Shown here: positions 50,040 to 63,050 of the stretch, piece by piece
Numbering within the stretch: position 1 is the first letter of the stretch
Layout of the letters: each line of letters starts with the position of its first letter
Source of the DNA: Scyliorhinus canicula
Lineage: Eukaryota
Length of the DNA: 64,000 nucleotides
Assembly (NCBI RefSeq): GCF_902713615.1
Contig: NW_024056013.1
Coordinates: forward strand, 560,773-624,772
Reading direction: 5' to 3'
Notes under the pieces: generated by a model
The model's input: only the letters and a program-made list of their open reading frames with translations
The model's database searches: none
What the model was told of the DNA's origin: nothing
Position numbers and translations under genes: made by a program

Positions 50040-50151
50040 CAGTTCCTATTTTGGCGTCCCCTTTACTTCAGTGGGTTGGACAGCTGGTTCTTGATGCAGA
50101 GCAAAGTGAGCAGCGCAACATCAATTCTCGTATCAGCTGTGGTTACTCAGA

Positions 50152-50815
50152 GGGAAGCACGGTAGCATTGTGGATAGCACAATTGCTTCACAGCTCCAGG
50201 GTCCCAGGTTCGATTCCCGGCTGGGTCACTGTCTGTACGGAGTCTGCACATCCTCCCCGTGTGTGCGTGGGTTTCCTCCGGGTGCTCCGGTTTCCTCCCA
50301 CAGTCAGTTAGGTGGATTGGCCTGATAAGTTGCCCTTCGTGTCCAAAATTGCCCTGAGTGTGGGTTATGGGGATAGGTAGAACATAGAACAGTACAGCAC
50401 AGAACAGGCCCTTCGACCCTCGATGTTGTGCCGAGCAATGATCACCCTACTCAAACCCACGTATCCACCCAAAACCATACAACCCCCCTTAACCTTACTT
50501 TTTTTTTTAGGACACTACGGGCAATTTTAGCATGATGGCCAATCCACCTAACCCACACATCTTTGGACTGTGGGAGGAAACGGAGCACCCGGAAGAAAAC
50601 CCACGCACACACGGGGAGGACGTGCAGACTCCACACAGACAGTGACCCAGCCGGGAATCGAACCTGGGACCCTGGAGCTGTGAAGCATTTATGCTAAGCA
50701 CTATGCTACCGTGCTACCAAGGTGTTGACTGGGGAGGGTGCTCTTTCAAGAGCGGTGCAGACTCGATGGGCCGCGTGGCCTCCTTCTGCACTGTAAATTT
50801 TATGATAATCTATGA
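50152..50815. mobile_element. nested SINEs: plus-strand HE1-like copy split by a young minus-strand copy (50378-50715)
   Basis: Outer element resumes at AGGTGTTGAC after the inner copy. Confidence 0.88.
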
Positions 50816-52407
50816 TGTTCATCTATGATGCGCTGATCATGTTGCAAGGGTGGGGGATTGGGCAGTGTGATCTTTCCGAGGTCAGTGCAGACCTATGGGC
50901 CAAATGGCCTTCTACCCTGCAGGGATTCTATATTTGACCCTGAATCTGCTATTATTTTCGAGATCTGATCACGTTTATTAATGCACTTCTGTGATGCTTC
51001 TGTTTGAATTGTGGGCGCAATTATTCCACATGTCTTTGAGATGGAAACAATAAGGTTTTGGACAAAGAATCGGTATTCTGGCAATAACCCGAAACGGGTG
51101 TTATAGTGTATACAGTGTATGCTATGCAGCATTTGGTACCCATTTTCAGTGCAGTTAGCAGAATTAGATTTCAGATATCACTTCTTCTTTGCTAGTGCAC
51201 AAGGCAGATTTCTACCCCCAGAGAACTGTATGAGTAGGAGGATGCAGAGTATTCTATGCAGAGTTCCCATGTGGTTGTAATTCTCGGAGGGTCTCGGGTA
51301 TGGAAGGATGCTGTTGAAGATGTCTTGGCGAGTTGCTGCAGTGCATCCCGTCGATGTTACACAATGCAGCTACTGTGTAGCCGCTGTGAAGGAATACATG
51401 ATGCTTTACGGTCCTTTTCATAGATAGAATTCACAGCGCAGAAGGCGCTGTGAAGCAACTGTGCTAACCACTGTGCTGCCGTGTTGGCACATGGACTGGG
51501 TAGGTTGGTTGTCCACATGTTAAAGGAGTATGAACGGATGCCCAGGGACAGAAAGAAGGGAGATTGCCTGTGACATGGATACAGATTTGCAGATTGTCCT
51601 GAGTCGGCAGGGGAAATTGGACTGGTTGAAGGAAATGGGAAGACGGGGAAAGGACGATAAATAATTGGGCAAAATAATTTGGAAAAGAAACTGAAAAAAC
51701 GGTGAGATAAAAGAATCAAACTACAATTTAATATTTAAAAAAACGATAGGAGACGAGAATTCTAATGATTGAATGAAAGGGATATTACATCAATGTCACT
51801 GTGTAGAGGGGTGCTGGTTCCCTCAGTGCATCAGCTCAGCGACTGGCTGCATTCAACGCTTAGGGAGTAGCCTTGGAATCAATCTGCAGTAGCAGACGTC
51901 TCACACAGTAGCAGAGAGGAATCATTCAGGAGGCTGCCACCCCCACCCCTTCCCCATCCACACACATGCCACCATCACCACCTGGGATACTGACGACACC
52001 CCTTTGTCTTTTCTACCCTTCGCCAACGGGCTCTGAGAGACACAGAGCGAGTACTAGTAGATCGGCTTCTCTAAATTGAGCAGATACATGTTTGACTGAG
52101 AGTTTGCCGCTGGACCGGGGGAATGTGGAGCTCACCACGACCGGCCTCACAGCGCAGCAGATTACACGGTGTGCGGGTTAGAAAGGGCCTATTCAATTAT
52201 GTTTCTCTGCTATGTCTGCTGGTCGGATTGGATTCATCAGTTTGTTTTCTCAGCCCATGCTGGATACAATTAGATGACAGTTTGATGGGAGTTGATGCGG
52301 TTTCCTCTCCCGTGTGTGACTGAGTGGCTGACAGCTCCGCTGCTCATTGTGGCTGCAGCTGCCCGCGAGCCTCCACATGCTTCAACAGACTGCAGTTTCC
52401 ACCTACA

Positions 52408-52446
52408 GTTTTTTGTACAGGGATGCTGCTGCTTTTGATCACTGTG
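52408..52446 (-). promoter_or_regulatory. 23-RSS of TCR V gene 1
   Basis: CACAGTG-23-ACAAAAAAC on minus. Confidence 0.95.
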
Positions 52447-52755
52447 TGTCCCAGAAAGCGCAGTAATACACGGCAGTGTCAGTCAGCTTCAGCCTCGATA
52501 TACTTAAACTGATGAATTTCTTCGAGGTCTGGAGATCCACAGAGAAACGATCTTCAGCAAAATCTGCTTTATATTCATCATCATCAGAATCTTTGCTGAT
52601 TATATATGTGGGCTGTGTGTCTGGGTGCTGTCGGTACCAGAGTAAGCTATAGCTGTTCGATGCAGTATCATAGGTACAGTTTAAAGTCACCCTTCCTCCT
52701 TCTGTCTCAACGTCCGAGGAAAACGGCTGAGTGACAGAATCTCCGTGACTCAGAT
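52447..52755 (-). CDS. TRAV/DV: TCR alpha/delta-type V exon (gene 1)
   Basis: DLSHG/DSVTQPFSSDVETEGGRVTLNCTYDTASNSYSLLWYRQHPDTQPTYII..DRFSVDLQTSKKFISLSISRLKLTDTAVYYCAFWD; CTY, WYRQ and YYC typical of V alpha/delta; open frame. Confidence 0.9.
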
Positions 52756-52865
52756 CTGAAAGAAAATCAAAACCGATCAGATATGATAATCGGCTGTTCA
52801 AATTTTATTTCATACCATGCTGAAGACACGATGGAAACCATGAAAGATGTTAGTTCCAAAATTAC

Positions 52866-52911
52866 CTGTTAGAAGAGCTCCCCACAGAAGCCAGATGCTG
52901 AGTGTCCGCAT
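52866..52911 (-). CDS. TRAV/DV: leader of TCR V gene 1, MRTLSIWLLWGALLT(D)
   Basis: 46 nt, donor G/GTAATT, 110-nt intron, phase 1. Confidence 0.9.
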
Positions 52912-53479
52912 TGTTGCTGTGCGCTCTGTGAAACGGGAGTTGGATAATTGAAGACAGCCGATCTGATCCCCGCCCTGAATAATCTGCTGCCTTGTCTCCG
53001 GATGTTCTCATCTACTTCCTTCTGTCGCCAATGAACCGGGAAGGTGGTTAGCTGTCCTTCCGTGTCTAGGTTTACGGTCTAGGTGTACGGATCAAACATA
53101 TGCCGACTTAGTGTGACCCGGAAGCAGAGGCATTTTCCTGTTTTTATTGCCTTTTTTCAGAATTCCATTCACGTTATTATTCGGATAGTAGTAACAGTTA
53201 CTCCAGTCAGATCACACTCACGGTTCAGTTGGCAACTTTATTTTCTCCTTCAATGTTTTTAAACACCGCTGTCAGGAATCAGGCATATTTACAGGTGAAT
53301 CTTCGTATCATAGAATCCATACAGTGCAGAAGGAGACCATTCGTCCCATCAATTCTGGACCCTCTGAAAGAGAACTTCACCCAACAAGGTAATGTGGGTC
53401 ATTTTGAGCGGTCACATCGATGTAATTTAGGGCGCCTGCTCAAGGAATAGCCGGATATTGTCTCATGACAGTATTTATG

Positions 53480-54185
53480 TGACCATACTGGGCCAACATT
53501 TATTGCCATTATCAGTTATGTGTCAAACACATTCCTGTGGGAGAGCAGGTAAGGATGACAGATTTCCTTCTCTAAAGGGAATTAGTGACAACGGTTAGTG
53601 GTTGTCATTATACATTTCTATCCCAGATTTTTATTGAATATAAATTTCACCAGCTGCCGTGGTGGAATTCAATTCACCACGTCCTCCCCTCATAAAGAAC
53701 AGAGACATATTTCCAAGTCAGGATGCTGTGCGACCTAAAGGCAGACCTCCACATGGCAATCTTCACATGTGTATGTTGCCCTTGTCTTTCGAGCTGGTAG
53801 AGTTGGCAGCTTTTGAAGGTATTAACAAAGGTGTCTTTGTAATTTGCTGCTGTGAATCTTGCAGATGGCGCGCCCTGCTGCCAATCGCACTGGTGGGTGC
53901 TGTGAGTAAATGTTTCAGATGATGGATGAAGCGCAAATCAATGAATCTGTTTTATCTTAGATGGTGTGAAGCTACTTGAGTATTATTGAAATGGCGCTAT
54001 TCTAGGCAAGCGGCAAGGGCTAATCGCTGGCTTTGAAAGCAGACCAAGGCAAGCCAGCAGCACGGTTCGATTCCCGTAACAGCCTCCCCGAACAGGCGCC
54101 GGAATGTGGCGACTAGAGGCTTTTCACAGTAACTTCATTTTGAAGCCTACTCGTGACAATAAGCGATTTTCATTTCATTTCATTT
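53480..54185. mobile_element. old CR1 3'UTR-type repeat plus second-family SINE (54015-54185, plus)
   Basis: Shared with other copies in the window. Confidence 0.65.
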
Positions 54186-57100
54186 CAAGTGGGAGAATTC
54201 AATCACACGACTGGTGTGTTTCCTATCGGTGTTGGGCAGGCTTTGGGAGTTTGGAGACGAGTTCCTCGCTCCAAAATGCGCATTGTTTTGCCTGCTGTTC
54301 TAACGCCGTATTTATGTGATGGATCCAGTTAATGTTTCTGGTCAATGGCAACCTCCAGGGTATTTATGATGGAGGACACAGTACCAAGGGTCGCTGGGTG
54401 TATTTGCTCTCGTTTGAGATTAACGTTGCATGCTGCTTTTGTGGCATAGATATTAGCTGCCACTTATCATCCTGATGCTGAATGTGCCCAGGCCTTTCTC
54501 TATGTGAGGCTCAAATGCTTCAATAATTCTGGGGACTGTAGCGAGACGGATGACATTGAAGCATCCAAATAACGTCCACAAAGAGCCGGAGATAAATGTG
54601 TGTCTGAATGCACTGATACAGAGACCGAGATAAATAGCAGGAGTTTGTTAAAATGTAACAACAATCAAACAGGAAGACTATTTCTCTGTCAGAGTAGCCG
54701 ATAAACCCATGCCGTGCCGTGGGATTGGGATTGACATATTTCTGTATAGCCATGTGGACAGTGAGAAGGTAGGTTGAACATTGCTTAATTTAGATACAGT
54801 GCAACACATGAATAGAGAGACGAGAGATGGGTTGACTGGCACAGATGTAGAACTCAGATTTTACGGTATCACTGAGACACATGGATCAGGGTTAATGGAA
54901 TGCAGGTGTGTCGAAAACACGATGATTGGATGAGCAAAATCATTGAAACAGAGGCTAAAAACAGAGAGATGGCAGAAAGAAACATTACAGATTGAAATCA
55001 AAGAATTCTCATGTGAAATAAGATAGTTCAATGTATACAATCGAAGGGATACTTGACCAAATCAATGGTGCTGGCGATTGCGGCTTCCCTCAGCGGAGAG
55101 ACTATCTGCGACTCAGTGGTTAATTGCAATCGTCATGGAGCAGGCAGTGGTCCCAGAACCATCGGCACAGTCCTCTCACAGGCCCAACAAGGAGGCATGT
55201 GGGAAAATGGGTATGGAGAGGAGAAATGCATTTATTTCTTTGTGTTTTGTTGCGATCTGGGATGTGGCCCTTATGGTGATGGAGAAGATGACACTAAAGC
55301 AAATTTAAAAGTTGATTATCAGTTCAAAAGCAGAATCCTGGGCTGTTAGGAGTGGGTTAGATGTTTCCAGATCTAAAAGGCGGTTGAAATTTCGCTTTCT
55401 AATAGGCAAACCTACTATAAACCAAATCCTCTCACCGGATCCGAGCTTTCTGTATTTCGGGTCACTTAATGCCTTTCCCACACCATTGTTTCTCAGTCCC
55501 TTCGAAGAACGAGCAAGGGCAGGGTAGTCACAGACATCTATAGATTCAACTGTCGCTCTATCACTTGCGGAGACAGCTGAGGGTAACATGTACAATTTTG
55601 TCAGTTTGAATCTCATTGTCACCGGCCACTGCGTCCATTTGCTGCTGTCGCTCTGACAAGACCACGTAATCAGAGAAATTGCTGCCGCATTTCCATTTCT
55701 GTGGTTGGGTGGATCAGCAGTGCAGTGAAATTTCTGCGCCAACAGTACCTTTCCTGCACTGAATAGTGTCTGACTCATGAACAATCGTGGGGAGCCATTC
55801 CACCACACTCCTCATCACTATCTCAAATCACTGTGTCTTTCCGATATGATAAAGCTCTCGCGCGCTGCAACTGAGAAAGGACCATATCTGATGACAAGTA
55901 GCGATGTAGAATCTCAGACAAAAGAGGCAACCTCCAAGAAGGCATAAACTTCCCCATTAACGACAATGGCAGAATCAACCTAACCCTGGTGCTCACATTT
56001 GTAAATTGTGATTAACACCATTATCCGCAAGCCGAAGCGAAACCTCAGCATGTTTACTTTAGACATGTTAATGTCAAAACATAATGGGCATCTACCATAA
56101 TGAACATCTATCATAATGTGCGTCAAACATAATGGGCATCCATCATTCTTGATACTAATGGCATATTGTGCAGCTGCATGACCGAAATAGTTTAATAGAG
56201 GTAATTAAGCAGGTGACTGTCAAACAGCTGGACAGTGGCCCAGGCCACGGCCAGTAGTTCACCCGATGCAGTAACAAAGGAATGTCCGCAAGTACAATCA
56301 TCAATAATTTGTTGATAAACGGGAAATTGAGCCCTCCTAATGCTGTGGAACCTGTGCACAACGGTCGTGTGATCCGGTACCAGTTAGATTGAAAGCAATT
56401 GAAACTCAGTTGGTCAGAATATGGGGATTGTTGCTGTTTATTTTGCACCAAATAAAGGATCGAATTAGCGAGGGGGTGACTGAATTTCCATTTAATGTGA
56501 TTAAGCGTTTATTCTTGTTGACTGTTGATATAGGCATTGACATTGACCATAGGCACCTGCACAGCTCACCCTCACACAATTGGACAACGGGAAATCCCGA
56601 ATAGACAAACTTCCTCTCTGATTTCAATCAGCATCTCATTAATGTGCAAGTACTCATTATTTCCGCCAGAGGACGCCGTCCTCACATGTTCCTCCGAGAC
56701 TCAGTTCAAACGTTTCACCCGTTAATGGAAATATATAGATTTGTAAATCCAATTCAGAACGTCGTTGCGTTAGTGCGTTTCAAAAATGTATTTTCCAACT
56801 CACACGGATGTGGTCCGACATTCATGTTAAAATACAGCTTAATGTGTATCTTATCATACTCAAGGATTGAAAACAGTTCGGGCTTGAGATTTTGATAGCT
56901 TCCTGAAAATGCTTTTCAAGCAAATAGAGATCGTAATTATTGACATTTGGAATGAAGTCACGTTCGTGGAGATCGGCTATTATCCAATAAACATTTCTTC
57001 CCATCTAATTTGCCAGTATTTCATGCCCCATGTGATTCAGTTTAGCAGATTCGAACGGTCGGTCCAGATTGTTTTTCAGGAAGGCATTAATGTTTTTTAT

Positions 57101-57509
57101 CAGATTAAAGACGCAGGAGCCGATATAGCCTTCCGTGAACTTACCAAAAGTGGGGTAATGCTGGTGAGGTCTTCTCCAATAGCCAAAAAATCGATTCTAC
57201 TAGACAAAGATTTTCAGTTGATTTCCTTCACTCTCAGTATCAAGTTAATGTTACTGACGCGGGGTGAAATGTAATTAACCTGATGGTGCGATTCACAAGG
57301 TGAAAGTATCATTTTAGTCTCTTTGGGAATCTGTCCTGAAAGCTGTTTTTTTCTGTGACAGTCAGTATTTCTCCTGAATTAAGCACTGGAGAGAATCCAT
57401 CTCAAAGTATAGACAGTTCAGAGGGAACATGGTTGCATGTAGACAGTGGAATTGTGTTCATACTTCCAGTCACACGTCCGGCAGTAGCATCAAATAAACA
57501 GACAATCCG

Positions 57510-57795
57510 AGGTCGGCACGGTACCACAGTGGTTCGCACATTTGCTTCACACAGACAGTGACCCGGGGTCTGATTCTCTGCTGGGTCACTGTCTGTGTGG
57601 AGTCTGCACGTTCTCCCCGTGTCTGTGTGGTTTTCCTCTGGGTGCTCCGGTTTCCTCCCACAAGTCCCGAATGATGTGCTTGTTAGATGTGCTTGTCATG
57701 TTTCCCTCAGTAAATCCGAGCAAGCGACAAGAGGATTTCACAGGAACGTCATTCCCGTGTTACTTCTGACACTAATAAAGATTATTATAAATGTC
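57510..57795 (+). mobile_element. HE1-like SINE variant
   Basis: GGCACGGTACCACAGTGG head, shared core, AATAAAGATTATTAT tail. Confidence 0.8.
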
Positions 57796-58053
57796 TGATT
57801 CGAGATCGTGCTTAAAATTAAGCAGTGCAGACTATTTTTCTCACCAGATAGTCCGCATGCATTGTGTGACTGTTTGTTCAATCGGATAATGTATATTCTG
57901 ACTATCAGTATCTTTACAGAAAACAGCAAGCAGAAGGAAATTGTAATGGCCTGGGAGCCTCGCTCCCATCTCTCGTTTCCTGCTCTCGTCTCACACGTTT
58001 GGCATGCGGTTTGCTACTTGTTAGATTGCTGCGGCAATTGTAAAGAGGGTGGA

Positions 58054-58091
58054 GGTTTTTGTACAGTGACTGCACATTTCCTCTCAATGTG
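58054..58091 (-). promoter_or_regulatory. 22-bp RSS of TCR V gene 2
   Basis: CACATTG-22-ACAAAAACC (consensus nonamer) on minus. Confidence 0.88.
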
Positions 58092-58380
58092 GGCTCTATC
58101 GCACAGTAATACACAGCGGTATCCGCAGTCTCTGTGTTTTCAATAACCAATTGGCCCCGTTTATCCGCAGTAGAAAGTTCCAATTCGAATCGACCCCCTG
58201 TCTCTTTTCCAGCCGATATTCGCCTTATTATCCACTCCAGCCCCTTACCGGACTTTTGTCTGTACCAATACATTCCGTATATGTTGGACATGTCGTAGCT
58301 GCAGTTTAGCTGCCCCAAATCCCCGTTCTGAACTGTTCTTGCAATGGGACTTTGTAAAACTTGTTCCGAGCGACATCGCC
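58092..58380 (-). CDS. TRAV/DV: TCR alpha/delta-type V exon (gene 2), short CDR2 type
   Basis: RCRS/EQVLQSPIARTVQNGDLGQLNCSYDMSNIYGMYWYRQKSGKGLEWIIRRISAGKETGGRFELELSTADKRGQLVIENTETADTAVYYCAIE; open frame. Confidence 0.88.
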
Positions 58381-58472
58381 CTGTGAACACATTCATACAA
58401 TGAGACACTGGAGTAACACCGATAAAAAATAACATTTCTCCACAGGTTTGAAAGTACATTTCCAGCACCTAC

Positions 58473-58524
58473 AAGCTAGTAACACCAGAATGAAAGGCAG
58501 CTTCAATTGCACCGTGTAACACAT
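58473..58524 (-). CDS. TRAV/DV: leader of TCR V gene 2, MCYTVQLKLPFILVLLA(W)
   Basis: 52 nt, donor T/GTAGGT, 92-nt intron, phase 1. Confidence 0.75.
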
Positions 58525-59759
58525 CCTTCAATAAAAATGGCAATAAGAAAACGGAGCACAGCTCAGATCAGAAGAGCACGAAGTGGATCAACGTCTTCAA
58601 CATCCGGCTAATGTAAGCGCCGGATAAAGGTTCGGCCACTCTATCCTGCGATTTGATTGGCTAGAATCAGGCTTTGTTCTTCCGATATGAGCAGGTGGAT
58701 TGTTGCTCAGCCTCTCCGTCCACTGACACGTGAACAGATCAATTATCCATGCACCAGACTGCAGCTTGATGCAGTAACTTTAATTGAAAAAAAAGTAGTT
58801 AAAGTTTAACTGTTCAGCCATAAAGCTGTTGATTACAAATTCAGGTTTTGCTTAATTTTTAAATTTATGATAAGCGCATGATCAATAACATGTTGGAAAT
58901 ATTTGCATAGTTTATTTTCACAGAACTCATTGATTCCTCTTGATTCTCTCGCAGTCCCATTGTTCTCCAAACTCCCCATTTAATTTCTATTTGTATAATC
59001 TGGAGGACAGCGGTTCAAATATGCAGCTCACCGCCGGTTTCTAAAGGGATGGGCTATCAATGTTGCAGCCAGTGAAGCCTTGAAGGAACAAGCAAGTAGG
59101 TTCTCGTCCTTCAGAGGCCATTGCATGTCTATTACTCCTCTTTTCTATCCTCAAGGCAGTCATAATAGTTAGAGCTAAGCACTGATCCTAAGAAACTCTG
59201 GCTTTTGTGCCACAATAACATTGGCTAGTCGGCGCGACAGACTCATGGTCATCGAATGACACCCTTCAGATGATTTTCGTCCCCTTGAGCAAACTGACCA
59301 TAGGCTTTTTCGATGCAACGTGAGATCTAAGAATTTATTTGAATGGTATGTGGGCATGTGCTTATTACAAAAATGCAGGTGAACACAAGAACATAAGAAA
59401 CACCGTGGGCCGATAAGATCGCCGATATTCGCCTTAACTCCAACGGCCCACATGAACACTGATTCGCATGAAGTTCAAACATTTCATTGGAAATCAGAAT
59501 CACAAGTAGGGATAGACGAACTGAACGTTGAAAGTGACGACGGTGAATAGTGTCCACTTTGAGCAGGGAGAAAGGACAACCAGCGAATCAGCTTCCCACA
59601 TACTGCTCAGGAATGTTCCGACAGGTTGGAAAACATTTTCACAAGTGTAGAAAAATCGAGTGAATCCGAATATAGAAGAATCTCTACACAGACTTTATTC
59701 GCTAGAGCCTGTGTAAGATAACATTAAATGTAACTCGCCAGACACCGCTGGATATAAAC

Positions 59760-60030
59760 AACGGTGTATCCATCTGTATTTGTGTTGGAGTGTGTGTGCT
59801 GTGCCTGTGCTGTGTGTGTACGTTGTGTGTGTATTTGTGCTTGTGTATGTGTGTGCTTGCGTGTTTGCGCATCCCTGTGATATATGTATTCATCAGTTTG
59901 TATCGGAACTTATGCCTGGGCAGTTATCTGCCTGTGTGTCTGCGTTTGTGTGTCTGTGTTTGCGAGTACGTGGTCGAGTATGCATATCCGTGTGTGCATC
60001 TCCAAATGTTTGTATGTGTGTCTCTGCAGG
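59760..60030. repeat. TG-rich tract
   Basis: Degenerate (TG)n. Confidence 0.8.
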
Positions 60031-60524
60031 TACCAATGTAGGTTTGTCGAGATCTTCCCCGAGTGCTATCCTGCTCTGGACACAGGAGGGCGCTACTTCA
60101 TCATTTGTGAAATAATATTCAGCCAAAGTGCCCGTTCATAACTTTCAAATATATTATCAGTTAATGTATCATTCCTACATTCATATTATATTTCCCACAT
60201 TAAAATAATTAACGGGTCACTTCAACTCCAGGCAGCTGCAATTTTCAACTTAACGAAAGGACAAAAAGAAGCATTGTGAGTGAGAAAGGCTGAGAAAATC
60301 ATATCGTGAAAATGGAATGAAGCAGCAAGAGGCACGCAGACAGAGAGAGAGAGCGCATGCAGATGAAGAAAAAAAGTGAAAGAGGGAATGCGGGAAAGCG
60401 AGAGGGAGAAGGGGAAGTGGGAGACCGGAACAACGAGAGACTATGAACAAAACTGAAGGAGAAGCACCAAGAAATAGGCACCTGCAACGGATGCTGAGTG
60501 GAGCAAAGAAATGCACAGAGGCTG

Positions 60525-61655
60525 TTTAGCACAGGGCTAAATCGCTGGCTTTGAAAGCAGACCAAGGCAGACCAGCAGCAAGGTTCAATTCCCGTGACAG
60601 CCTCCCCGAACTGGCGCCGGAATGTGGCGACTATGGGCTTTTCACAGTAACTTAATTTGAAGCCTACTTGTGACAATAAGCGATTTTCATTTCATTTCCA
60701 TCAGCGTGGGTGTGTGTGGATGTGTTCGTTTGTGTGTGTGTGCATACTTATCCATCCAAGTGTATTCGTGTTTATCACAAAATCCCCACAGTGTAAAAGG
60801 AGGCCATTTGCCCCATCGAATCTGCACCTACCCTTCGAAGGAGAACTCTGCCGAGGCTAATCCTCCGCCCTATCCCTGTAACCCCATAATCGTTTGGACG
60901 CTCGTGGAAAATTTCGCTTGGCCAATGTAAGCAACCAACACACCGTTAGACTGTAGGAGGAAACGGGGGCCTGTGGAGGAAACCCGCGCAAACTCCGCAG
61001 CGGCACTCACCCAAGACTGGAATTGAAGCCGGGTCTCTGGCGCTGTGAGGCAGCAGTGAAAACCACTGTGCCAGCGTGCTGTGTGTGATTTGTTTGTGTT
61101 TGTGTGCGTTTGAGTATGTTTGTATGTGTGTGTGTCCGTGTTTAGAACATAGGACTTACAGTGCTGAAGGAGGCTATTCGGCCCACCGAGTCTGCACCGA
61201 CCCACCTAAGCTCTCACCTGCACCCTACCCCCGTAACCCAATAACCCTCCCAACCTTTTTGGTCACTAAGGGCATCTTATTATGGCAGTCCACCTAACCG
61301 GGGCTGGTTTAGCACAGTGGGTTAAGACAGCTGGCTTGTAATGCAGAATAAGACCAGGAACCGCTGGTTCAATTTCTGTTCTAGCCTTCCCGAACAGACG
61401 ACGGAATGTGGCGACTAGGGGCTTTTCACAGTAACTTAATTAAAGCATATTTGTGACAATAAGTAATGATTATTGTTATTATTATAAACCTGCACGTTTT
61501 GGACTGTGGGAGGAAACCGCAGCAACTGGAGGATCCCCACGCAGACACGGTGAGAACATGCAGACTCCGCACAGACAGTGACCCAGCAGGGAATCGAACC
61601 TGGAACCCTGGCGCTGTGACGCCACAGTGCTAATCACTTGTGCTACGGTGCTGCC
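60525..61655. mobile_element. SINE pile: second-family SINEs (60525-60700, 61297-61485, plus) and HE1-like SINEs (60780-61080; 61143-61655 split, minus)
   Basis: Shared cores; the 61297 copy is nested inside an HE1-like copy. Confidence 0.8.
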
Positions 61656-61659
61656 CACA

Positions 61660-63050
61660 AACAAATGTTTGTCCGTGTATTTGTGATTTTGTGCATGTCG
61701 ATGTGTGTTGGTCTGTGCTTCTGTGTGTATGTCTGTGTATATCTGTGCGTGTGTATTGCGTGTATCTATGTTTTTGACTGCCTGACTGTGTCTGTGTGTG
61801 CATGTGTGGGTCTGTGCGTGCGTCTGTGAGTGTTTGTTGGTGTGTGTCTTTGGTTTGTGTGTGCGCGCGTGCATGCCTGTGTGTCAGTGTTTATGAGTAT
61901 GTCTGTGTGTTTTTGTCTGTGAATGTCTGCTGGTTCGTTGGTGCCTGTGCGTGTCAGTCTGCCTTTGTGTTTCTGCCTGCCTGATTTTGTGTCTGTGTGT
62001 GTGAATGTTTGTGTGCCAGTGTGTGTGGGTGTATGTGTGTGTCTAGCTGTGTCTGTACTTGCCTTGGTGTTGATTTGTTTATGTTTGTGTGTGTTGGCAT
62101 GTCTATCATCTCTGTGCCTTAGTGTGTGTGTGTGCGTTTGTCTGTCTGTAACGGGGGGTATGGTAGCCAACTGGTTAGCACAGTTATTTCACAGTTCCAC
62201 GGTCCTAGGTTCGATTCCCGGCTTGGGTCGCTGTCTGTGTGGTGTCTGTCTGTTCTCCCCGTGTCTGCGTGGATTTCCTCCGGGTGCTCCGGTTTTCTCC
62301 CACAGTCCTAAAATGTGCAGGTTAGGTGGATTGGCCATGCTAAATTCCTCGTACTGTCCAAAAAGTTTGGGTTTGGGTTTGGGCTCAGGTAGGGTGCTCT
62401 TTCCGAAAAGGGCCGGTGTGGACTCGATGGGTCAAATGGCCTCATTCCGTACTGTAAATTTTATGATACTATAATGTCTGGAGGTGTATGTGTGTTTGCG
62501 TTTGTGTGTGAGAGTGAGTGTGCCAATGTGTATGTGTGTGTGTGTCCATCTGTGTATTTATCTATTTAGCTGTGTGTCTGTCTGTGCCCTTGAGGTGTGC
62601 CTGTGCCTGTTTTTCTGTATTTTGTGTGTGGTTCTATGTGTCCGTGTTGTCTCTGTGTCCGTATGTCTCGTTTTGCGTGTCTGTGCGTGAGTGTATGTGT
62701 CCCTGTGATTGTGTTTTCCTGTGTGTTGTTTTATTTGTATTATTGTTTGTGTGTGCTTTTGTTTTGTTTTGCGTGTTTATCTGTGCGTCTGTTTGCCCGC
62801 GTTTCTATCTTGTTGCATGTTTATTTATGCATGTTTGTTATCTAGAGGCGACCGTGTGTCTGTGCTTGTTTGTCTGTGTTTGTGTGCATGTATGTGTGTC
62901 TGTTTTTGTGTCCAGGTATGGGTGTCTCAGTGTGTGAGAAAATGTGTGCGTGCCTGTCTATACGTGTATCTGTGCTTCGGGTGTGTGCGTGTGATTGTGC
63001 CTGTATTTCTTTGTGTATGTGTGTGTGTCTGAGTGTGCGCATGTTAGTAT
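61660..63050. repeat. TG-rich tract containing an HE1-like SINE (62155-62475, plus)
   Basis: Degenerate (TG)n with an inserted SINE core. Confidence 0.85.

Noticed and set aside
52447-58380. NAR-TCR supporting V delta or NAR V identity
   Set aside because: Both Vs have their own leader exons, no extra CDR1 cysteine and normal CDR2 regions, and no NAR-type V is present
26503-58908. Perfect octamers ATGCAAAT/ATTTGCAT at 26503, 45329 and 58901
   Set aside because: Three hits in 64 kb of AT-rich DNA is near chance, and none is at a canonical promoter distance; 58901 (about 380 nt upstream of TCR V gene 2) is only weakly suggestive
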